Part shown: piece by piece, positions 57,528 through 64,000 of the stretch
How the letters are laid out: the number at the start of each line of letters is the position of its first letter
How positions within the stretch are numbered: position 1 is the stretch's first letter
Assembly: GCA_943350875.1 (NCBI GenBank)
Contig: CALRAL010000003.1
Span: forward strand, 25,174 to 89,173
Length of the DNA: 64,000 bases
Source of the DNA: Candidatus Nomurabacteria bacterium
GTDB taxonomy: Bacteria > Patescibacteriota > Minisyncoccia > Phycocordibacterales > UBA9973
Direction: 5' to 3'
Position numbers and translations under genes: made by a program
The notes under the pieces: model-generated
Seen by the model: the letters and a program-made list of their open reading frames with translations, nothing else
The model's database searches: none
What the model was told of the DNA's origin: nothing

Positions 57528-57538
57528 GGGGGGGGGGG
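57528..57538. repeat. Homopolymeric G11 tract upstream of a surface-protein gene
   Basis: GGGGGGGGGGG sits in an AT-rich intergenic region about 95 bp upstream of the ATG at 57632. Confidence 0.8.
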
Positions 57539-57604
57539 TTATACTTACCTTATGCTTAAAAGGTGTATCTTTTTGAGCTTTAAAATTAACTTATTTCAGC
57601 CATA

Positions 57605-57628
57605 GGCTGATCCGCCTTGGGCGGAAAA
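57605..57628. repeat. Family-4 palindromic element (GGCTGATCCGCCTTGGGCGGAAAA) immediately upstream of the 57632 start codon
   Basis: Matches 62428-62451 in ftsK and 40685-40717 in ileS. Confidence 0.7.
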
Positions 57629-59770
57629 ATTATGAAAAAATATATAGGAATTTTGTTTGTTTTGAGTTTTTTGATTGCCTCACCGAGTTTTGTTTTCGCT
57701 GCTCAGGATGGAGATCTTGATCCAGCCGATGTCGGAGCGAGTTGTGCCGATATTACTCATGACTTGCGTTATAGGATGCGAGATACTGCTACTAATGATG
57801 ACATTGCTGTCTTGCAAGATTTCTTGAATAGTAATGGATATACGACTGTATCTCCAGCTGGATTCTTCGGAACTTCTACCTTGAAAGCGGTTAAAAAGTT
57901 TCAGTCTGCCAATGGTTTGCGTCAAACTGGTTTCGTTGGTCCTAAAACTCGTGCCAAAATAAAAGCGATTGATTGTGGAGATGTAATTGTTCCCCCTGTT
58001 GCCGGTGCTCCTTGTATTTCTATAAATAGTCCATTAGCTAATTCGCAAGTTGCTCTTCCTTTTACTGTGAGAGGTGTATTTAATGATGACAGAAGTGAAA
58101 GACCTACAGGGTGTTCAATGTGGAAATTCTTTGAAGGACAGGCTGGGACAGCTAAATTACATTACAAGAATAATGGCTCTTGGTTTTCTCTAGGTGGAGT
58201 AAAAGTTATTCCAGTTTCTGATTGGATGTCATCAGGACCAAAATCTTTTTCTGTGATTATGGATTTGAAGGGTGGTAGTGGTGTTGACGCCATGTATTCA
58301 TTCAAAGACGGTATGCCATTGGAGGTTGTATTTCAAGAAGAAGATCCTTCGGGCATGGGTCATGGTAAAGCTTTTACATTACCACTTGTATATAAATCTA
58401 CAGTCACTCCTCCTACCACCCCATCCATTACAGTCCTTTCTCCAAATGGAGGGGAGACATATACAGCGGGACAACAGATTATGGTGAAATGGAACAGTTC
58501 AAATATTACATATCCAGTTTCAATTTATCTAGATAAAGTACCTGTAGGATATATTCCATCTTTTAGTAATGTAATATCTAGAGTTACTTTAGTTTCTAGT
58601 ACACCTAATGATGGACAAGAACAAATTACATTACCAAATTCTTCTGATTGGTTTTCTGGTCAAAAGCAATATGCTGTGACTGTATCTCCAGTAGAGTCAT
58701 CAGGTCTTGATGTTGCTGATATTTCTAATAATTCATTTACAATCAACGCCCCATCTTCCACCAATCCTCCCGTTATTGATGGCGTCTCTGGACCTTCAAC
58801 ATTAAACACAGGTGCGACAGGTACTTGGACAGTCACAGCTCACGATTCAAATGCTGGTAATTTGTCATACTCTGTAGTCTGGGGTGATGAAGGTTCTAAG
58901 AGAGCTATGGCTTCTTCTACCACATCTCAAACAGCTACATTTACACATGTTTACAGTACTGCTGGGAATTATGTTCCTACCTTTACAGTCACAAACATGA
59001 CAACCAATCAGAGTGCTACTACTAGTTTGAGTGTAAATGTGACAGCTACAACTCCTTCTCTATCTGTAGTTTTGTCTAGAAATACAGCTTATATAAATCA
59101 GAGTTTCTATACTAACAGTACTCATAAAAAAATTGCTTCATTTACAATACAAGCTGGAGGTTCTCAAGGTGTTCATGTAAACAATTTTCAGATGGATTTT
59201 TCTGGATATAATCCAGGAAGTATTGCTCCTACAGGTATTTCTAACTTAGGCATATATTCAAATGGTGTTCAGCTTGGTTCAACTATTGCTACTGTCCTTA
59301 CTATCAATAATGTCCCAATGAACTTCAATATAGTTGCTGGCAATACTTCTGTTATTGATGTTTATGCTGATTTAGGATCTTCAGCTGGTTCCTTGATAGT
59401 ACCATTAAATGCAAGTGGAATTGGTCTCGTATCTGGAACTACTTTCTCTACCCAGACAATGAATGGTCAAACAATCACTGTGAAGATTCCAACCCCTCCT
59501 CAAATATTTGGTGTCTCTGGTCCTTCATCGTTAGGTCCAAATCAAATGGGAACTTGGACAGTATCATCTCATGATAATAATACTGGTACTTTGCAATATG
59601 CCGTAAATTGGGGTGAATCAGATCCAAATTATTATCCACAATCAACTTCTGTTTTTACTCATGCTTATAAAACTGTGGGGACATATACAGCTACATATAT
59701 TGTCACGAATACTGCAACAGGTCAGTACACACAAAAGACATTTAGTACAAAAATCAGTTTAATTAATTAA
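57617..59770 (+). CDS. Secreted cell-surface protein with a peptidoglycan-binding (PG_binding_1) domain and tandem PKD/Ig-like domains
   Basis: Signal peptide MKKYIGILFVLSFLIASPSFVFA, so the likely true start is 57632. The PG-binding motif is LQDFLNSNGYTTVSPAGFFGTSTLKAVKKFQSANGL. The repeated PKD-like blocks are TGTWTVTAHDSNAGNLSYSVVWGDEGS and MGTWTVSSHDNNTGTLQYAVNWGESD. Confidence 0.6.
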   Translation: MGGKIMKKYIGILFVLSFLIASPSFVFAAQDGDLDPADVGASCADITHDLRYRMRDTATNDDIAVLQDFLNSNGYTTVSPAGFFGTSTLKAVKKFQSANGLRQTGFVGPKTRAKIKAIDCGDVIVPPVAGAPCISINSPLANSQVALPFTVRGVFNDDRSERPTGCSMWKFFEGQAGTAKLHYKNNGSWFSLGGVKVIPVSDWMSSGPKSFSVIMDLKGGSGVDAMYSFKDGMPLEVVFQEEDPSGMGHGKAFTLPLVYKSTVTPPTTPSITVLSPNGGETYTAGQQIMVKWNSSNITYPVSIYLDKVPVGYIPSFSNVISRVTLVSSTPNDGQEQITLPNSSDWFSGQKQYAVTVSPVESSGLDVADISNNSFTINAPSSTNPPVIDGVSGPSTLNTGATGTWTVTAHDSNAGNLSYSVVWGDEGSKRAMASSTTSQTATFTHVYSTAGNYVPTFTVTNMTTNQSATTSLSVNVTATTPSLSVVLSRNTAYINQSFYTNSTHKKIASFTIQAGGSQGVHVNNFQMDFSGYNPGSIAPTGISNLGIYSNGVQLGSTIATVLTINNVPMNFNIVAGNTSVIDVYADLGSSAGSLIVPLNASGIGLVSGTTFSTQTMNGQTITVKIPTPPQIFGVSGPSSLGPNQMGTWTVSSHDNNTGTLQYAVNWGESDPNYYPQSTSVFTHAYKTVGTYTATYIVTNTATGQYTQKTFSTKISLIN

Positions 59771-59810
59771 ATATTATTAATATCAAGGACTACCCTTGAT
59801 ATTAATACAA

Positions 59811-59886
59811 AAATCCCTAAGGTTAGCCTAGGGATTTTGCGTTAGGTCTTGCCTAACGCACAAATACACAGGCGTTGCCTGTGTAT
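59811..59886 (+). terminator. Three consecutive GC-rich hairpins (CCCTAAGG..CCTAGGG; GCGTTAGGTCTTGCCTAACGC; GCACAAATACACAGGCGTTGCCTGTGTATTTGTGC) between the convergent PKD-protein gene and efp
   Basis: Stems seen directly. The third resembles the REP palindrome TACACAGG..CCTGTGTA. They are probably bidirectional terminators and REP-like elements. Confidence 0.55.
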
Positions 59887-59895
59887 TTGTGCTAA

Positions 59896-60474
59896 TTACA
59901 CTCGCTCCACATATTCTCCAGTTTCTGTGTTGATGCGGATAGTGTCGCCTTCGGCGACGAACATCGGAGCGTTGATAGTGGTGCCATTTTCAAGGGTTAT
60001 GACTTTTATTCCACCTTTGGATGTGTCTCCACGGACTGCAGGAGGAGCTTCTTTGACTTTGAATTCCATTTTGATAGGCAGATCCACACTGATATTCACT
60101 TCTTCGCCGTCATTGTCCCAGACTAGGACTGTGGTGTTGCTATTTTGTTTCAAGAATTTTGCTGCAGTACCGATGAGTGATGCGTCTAGTTTGAATCTGT
60201 TTGCTTTGTCATTTGGATCGCAGAACCAATATTCTCCACGGTTAGCGTATAAGAATGTGACTTCGCGTTTCTGTATATCTGCTTCATCGGCAGAGTCTGC
60301 GACGTGAAAAGTAGCAGGGAAGACCTTACCAGATATTAAGCTTTTTAATTTGACCTGATTTTGAGGCTTCCTTTGTTGGGTACGAGCGACATGCGACTCC
60401 ACCACCATGCATGGCTCATCATTATGAATTATAATTTTTTTTTCTCTGATTTCAGAGTATTGTAATTGAGACAT
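59896..60474 (-). CDS. efp: Elongation factor P
   Basis: 192 aa with the three-domain EF-P pattern. The loop sequence is divergent from the canonical KPGKG. Confidence 0.8.
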   Translation of the reverse strand: MSQLQYSEIREKKIIIHNDEPCMVVESHVARTQQRKPQNQVKLKSLISGKVFPATFHVADSADEADIQKREVTFLYANRGEYWFCDPNDKANRFKLDASLIGTAAKFLKQNSNTTVLVWDNDGEEVNISVDLPIKMEFKVKEAPPAVRGDTSKGGIKVITLENGTTINAPMFVAEGDTIRINTETGEYVERV

Positions 60475-60508
60475 GACTTTATACTAGCAGAAAAATTGTT
60501 TAAATCAA

Positions 60509-60655
60509 CCCCCTAAATCCCCCTTGTCAGGGGGACTTTCTATTTTTCCTCCCCTCCTTAATCAAGGAGGGGAATGAGGGGTGGTAATTAAGAAATTTAA
60601 TAAATCACCACCTCGCCCTAAAGGGCACTCCTCCTCCACAAGGAGGAGATGATCC
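60509..60655. repeat. Family-2 composite GC-rich hairpin element, intergenic copy between efp and recA
   Basis: Its modules are CCCCTTGTCAGGGGG; CCCCTCCTTAATCAAGGAGGGG; GGTGGTAATTAAG...ATCACCACC; GCCCTAAAGGGC; and CTCCTCCTCCACAAGGAGGAG. It is collinear with the metG in-frame copy. Confidence 0.8.
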
Positions 60656-60657
60656 AA

Positions 60658-61701
60658 TTATGCCTCCTCCACAAATTTCTTGCGGATTTCCTTTAATATT
60701 TCATTTGCAATTTTTGTATTCTCTTTCAAGAATGTGCGAGTGGAGTCATAGCCTACACCTAGTTTCATTTTTTCTTTTGATTCACCACTTGGCATATAAA
60801 AGTATGAATTCCCAGTTTTCTCTACTATTTTAAATTTCTCTCCGAGGGCTATTATTTCTCCTTCTTTAGAAATTCCTTCGTTGTAGATGATATCAAACTC
60901 TGTTTGTTTAAACGGCGCGGCGACTTTGTTCTTGACCACTTTTATACGAGTTCTAGAACCCACTATTTCCTCTCCTTTTTTGATTTGGGCAATTTTACGT
61001 ATATCTAGGCGAACTGAAGTGTAGAATTTGAGAGCTTTACCTCCTGGGGTAGTCTCTGGGTTACCAAACATCACTCCTATCTGCATGCGGATCTGGTTTA
61101 TGAATATGACAGCTGTTTTAGAATGAGAAACTATCGCTGTGAGCTTGCGGAGCGCTTGAGACATCAGACGGGCTTGTTTACCCACGTGATATGCTCCCAT
61201 ATCGCCTTCTATTTCATCTTTTGGGGTGAGTGCTGCTACAGAGTCCACGACTATCACATCCACTTTACCTGTACGCACAAGGCTGTCCACTATGTCGAGA
61301 GCTTGTTCACCTGTGTCTGGTTGAGAAATGAGCAAGTCATTTATATTTACTCCGAGCTTTTTTGTGTAATCAGGATCCATCGCATGTTCGGCATCTATGT
61401 ATGCACAAACCCCGCCGAGTTTTTGCGCCTCAGCTACTATATGGAGCGAGAGGGTAGTCTTGCCGGAGGACTCTGGCCCGAATATCTCAATTATTCTTCC
61501 ACGTGGTATGCCTCCGATGCCGAGCGCCATGTCGAGCCCTATCGAGCCAGTCGGTATCGCATTTATGTGCACTTTTGGAGTTTCACCTAGTTTCATTATT
61601 GAACCCTCGCCGAATTTTGCTTGAATGGCCTTTAATGTATCATCTAGCCCTGTTGCTCCCATTGATTTGTCTTCTTTCTGCTCTTTTTTCTTTTTCATCA
61701 T
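60658..61701 (-). CDS. recA: Recombinase RecA
   Basis: [10 protein letters not shown] Walker A and full-length RecA signature motifs. Confidence 0.95.
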   Translation of the reverse strand: MMKKKKEQKEDKSMGATGLDDTLKAIQAKFGEGSIMKLGETPKVHINAIPTGSIGLDMALGIGGIPRGRIIEIFGPESSGKTTLSLHIVAEAQKLGGVCAYIDAEHAMDPDYTKKLGVNINDLLISQPDTGEQALDIVDSLVRTGKVDVIVVDSVAALTPKDEIEGDMGAYHVGKQARLMSQALRKLTAIVSHSKTAVIFINQIRMQIGVMFGNPETTPGGKALKFYTSVRLDIRKIAQIKKGEEIVGSRTRIKVVKNKVAAPFKQTEFDIIYNEGISKEGEIIALGEKFKIVEKTGNSYFYMPSGESKEKMKLGVGYDSTRTFLKENTKIANEILKEIRKKFVEEA

Positions 61702-61816
61702 AATCTTATCCTTCTTAGGATTACAGGATTTGCTTTTTTGAGCTGGTCTGGCTGGGATAGGGACCCAGAGAACCGAGGACCCGAAAAAAAGAAAAGCCTG
61801 TGATCCTAATTATTAA

Positions 61817-62167
61817 CTAATAAACTAATTTATAATTTTTTTCATCAACATTCCCAAATTTATCGCTTGCTTTTATATTTACCACATTATACCCCGAAAG
61901 TAGAGCTATCGTTTCCTTAAAATTTCCACTCTGATCTACTGATATTTCTCGACCATTCAAGTAGAGTTTGTTGGCATTTTTGGCATTTCCAGCAATATTC
62001 ATAATACTTTCAGTTATTTTTGTCCCATCTACTATATTTACGTCTCTTATTTTTACTCCTGTTATCAGATTTTGTGAACGGTAAATTCCATAGAATATTA
62101 TTATTAAGAAAAACACTGCTAGCCCCATCATTTTCAATATCCTTTTGTTAGTTGGTTCTGTACTCAT
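61817..62167 (-). CDS. Small membrane-anchored protein, possibly a FtsQ/POTRA-like division protein
   Basis: 116 aa with an N-terminal TM helix. It sits immediately downstream of ftsK on the same strand. This is a weak call. Confidence 0.25.
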   Translation of the reverse strand: MSTEPTNKRILKMMGLAVFFLIIIFYGIYRSQNLITGVKIRDVNIVDGTKITESIMNIAGNAKNANKLYLNGREISVDQSGNFKETIALLSGYNVVNIKASDKFGNVDEKNYKLVY

Positions 62168-62168
62168 T

Positions 62169-63971
62169 TTATTGCATTATATTATTTCCAGATTCATCGT
62201 GTTCTATTTTTTGTAATACTTCCCTTGGTTTTGCTCCATCGCCAGGGCCTATCACTTCGCGTTCTTCGAGTTGGTCCATGAGTCGGGCTGCTCTAGCGTA
62301 GCCCAGCTTTAATTTCCTTTGTAAATACGAAGTAGATGCCTTGCCAGCTTCTATGACACAAGCTCGAGCTTCTTCATACATTTCATCATCTGATTCATTA
62401 TTTTCATCTAAGTTTTCCCAGCCAAAGGCTGGTCCGCCTTGGGCGGAAAATATCGATTTGTCAGCTGAGATACTTCCGTTACTGAGTGATATCTCTTCTG
62501 TTATTTCATCTCGATATTTATCTGCCAAATACTTGACCACTTTCTTTACTTCATTTTCAGAAATAAAGGCAGACTGGAGTCTTTCTGGTTGAGCTTCTCC
62601 CGAAGAGTAGAGCATGTCTCCAGCTCCGAGGAGCTTTTCTGCTCCGCCGGTGTCAAGTATAGTGCGAGAATCTATTTGGGAAGACACTTTTAGAGCGATG
62701 CGGGCAGGGATGTTGGCCTTGATGAGTCCAGTAATGACGTTTACCTCTGGGCGTTGAGTGGAAAGTATGAGGTGTATGCCCACAGCTCGAGACATTTGAG
62801 CCAGGCGCACGATAGCGGACTCGAGCTCTCTAGGATAGGAGCTCATTATATCTGCCAATTCATCCAATATTATGACTATATATGGCAAACGATCACCACC
62901 CCCTGCTCCCTCCTCCACAAAGAGGGGGTCTGAGTTTCCCCGCCTCGATGAGGAGGGGACGGAAGGGGTGGTCTTTCCCCATACATTATTGTGATAACTT
63001 TCTATATCTCGTACTGATTCCGCTTCCAAGATGTCATAACGGCGATCCATTTCTTTGGCCGCCCATTTAAGGGCGAGTATTGCCTTTTTGGCTTCAGTTA
63101 TGACAGGGGTGAGTAAGTGAGGGATCTTGTTATAAAGGGTGAGTTCTACTCGTTTTGGATCTATCATTATTAATTTCAAATCATCTGGACTATTTCTGTA
63201 TAACAAGGATGTGATGATAGCGTGTATTGAGACAGATTTTCCAGAGCCAGTAGTTCCTGCGATGAGAACGTGTGGCATCTTGGCCAAGTTCCCAAAGCTG
63301 GCTCTGCCAGATATTCCACGCCCGAGCGCAATAGTGAGTGGTTTAGTAGAATTTTGGAATTTCTCATCGGAAAGGAGAGTAGCGAGGCCCACGGTTGATT
63401 TTACTTTATTTGGGATTTCGATACCTACGAGGGATTTGCCAGGAATTGGTGCTTCTATGCGGATAGGGTGTGCGGCTAGGGCTAGGGCGAGGTCACTTTG
63501 AAGTCCGACTATGCGGGAGAGTTTCACTCCTTCGGCTGGTTTTAGCGCATACCTCGTCACTGTGGGGCCAATGGTTATCTCATCCATCTCGACTTCGATA
63601 CCGAAGTTCTGTAAGGTACGTTTTATTATATTTGCATTTGCTTTTATGTCTCCAGTATTTGGTTTGCCTTGATCGCCTTCGAGGAGGGAGAGTGGGGGAG
63701 GTGTATAAGCTGAAAATAGTCCAGACTTTATTTTTTTAATCGGCATCTCATCTTCTTCCTCTGTTTTTTCTTCTTTTTTATTTTTTCCTACACCTAATGC
63801 TTTTTTAATTTTTTCTCCTGTTGTCTCATTTCCCTCCTCCCCTGACAAGGGGAGGAAAGAGGAGGGGTTATTTACCCCCTCTGCTTCCGGTATCTCCCCC
63901 GAGGCCGAGGGCGAAATGTATCCATTTTTTTTCTTCCAAATCATCCCCCACACTTTTTTCAAAAATGGCAT
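62169..63971 (-). CDS. ftsK: DNA translocase FtsK/SpoIIIE with three in-frame palindromic-element insertions
   Basis: Walker A GTTGSGKSVSI, the motor domain, and a C-terminal gamma winged-helix. Insertions lie at 62428-62451, 62891-62975 and 63826-63895. Confidence 0.9.
   Translation of the reverse strand: MPFLKKVWGMIWKKKNGYISPSASGEIPEAEGVNNPSSFLPLSGEEGNETTGEKIKKALGVGKNKKEEKTEEEDEMPIKKIKSGLFSAYTPPPLSLLEGDQGKPNTGDIKANANIIKRTLQNFGIEVEMDEITIGPTVTRYALKPAEGVKLSRIVGLQSDLALALAAHPIRIEAPIPGKSLVGIEIPNKVKSTVGLATLLSDEKFQNSTKPLTIALGRGISGRASFGNLAKMPHVLIAGTTGSGKSVSIHAIITSLLYRNSPDDLKLIMIDPKRVELTLYNKIPHLLTPVITEAKKAILALKWAAKEMDRRYDILEAESVRDIESYHNNVWGKTTPSVPSSSRRGNSDPLFVEEGAGGGDRLPYIVIILDELADIMSSYPRELESAIVRLAQMSRAVGIHLILSTQRPEVNVITGLIKANIPARIALKVSSQIDSRTILDTGGAEKLLGAGDMLYSSGEAQPERLQSAFISENEVKKVVKYLADKYRDEITEEISLSNGSISADKSIFSAQGGPAFGWENLDENNESDDEMYEEARACVIEAGKASTSYLQRKLKLGYARAARLMDQLEEREVIGPGDGAKPREVLQKIEHDESGNNIMQ
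62428..62451. repeat. Family-4 palindromic element, in-frame in ftsK
   Basis: GGCTGGTCCGCCTTGGGCGGAAAA encodes, on the minus strand, FSAQGGPAFGW. Confidence 0.7.
62891..62975. repeat. Family-2 GC-rich hairpin element, in-frame in ftsK
   Basis: ACCACCCC...GGGGTGGT outer stem with inner CCCTCC/GGAGGG stems. It encodes ...PLFVEEGAGGGD. Compare the metG insertion PLLMEEGVGGGN. Confidence 0.75.
63826..63895. repeat. Family-2-type GC-rich nested hairpin (CCCTCCTC-CCCTGACAAGGGG-AGGAAA-GAGGAGGG), in-frame near the ftsK 5' end
   Basis: Encodes NNPSSFLPLSGEEGNE. It shares the CCCCTGACAAGGGG module with 60524-60538. Confidence 0.65.
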
Positions 63972-64000
63972 GAGTTCTGGTTTTGTATCAAATATAACGA

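Noticed and set aside
61123-61703. Plus-strand ORFs of 66-155 aa antisense to recA, and similar small ORFs antisense to ftsK, the 1195-aa protein gene and other large genes
   Set aside because: They are shadow ORFs within highly conserved genes. The Cys/His/Arg-rich products are typical of antisense frames in GC-richer coding segments.

Overview
This is an AT-rich bacterial chromosome segment that looks like a reduced-genome lineage, plausibly Candidate Phyla Radiation (CPR)/Patescibacteria. Housekeeping genes dominate: hppA, nusA, tpiA, pgk, recJ, rnhA, comEC, sod, glyA, tmk, dut, argS, ileS, recO, glyQS, metG, tatD, rpsF-ssb-rpsR, efp, recA and ftsK. There is a type IV pilus cluster (pilB-pilC, pilin and pseudopilins) and several large secreted surface proteins. 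An accessory island at about 29.6-39.7 kb carries a PLD-SNF2 helicase/nuclease fused gene and an Eco57I/PglX-like N6-adenine methyltransferase, which I read as a DISARM-like or type III-like restriction-modification pair. The same island holds a MerR-HTH/GHKL ATPase with a STAS-like DUF4325 partner, a Fic protein, a DUF2188-like gene and a degraded NYN gene flanked by about 170-bp direct repeats. A REP-associated tyrosine transposase (RAYT) with flanking 24-bp REP hairpins sits at 54.2-55.0 kb. The most unusual feature is the density of short GC-rich palindromic elements, in at least five sequence families and more than 20 copies. Many are inserted in-frame inside essential genes: nusA twice, recJ twice, comEC, argS twice, ileS twice, metG, recO and ftsK three times. 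In each case they add short peptide insertions without breaking the frame, much like Rickettsia palindromic elements. ileS also carries an in-frame histidine-phosphatase (PGAM-like) domain of roughly 220-240 aa. No rRNA, tRNA or CRISPR array was found.
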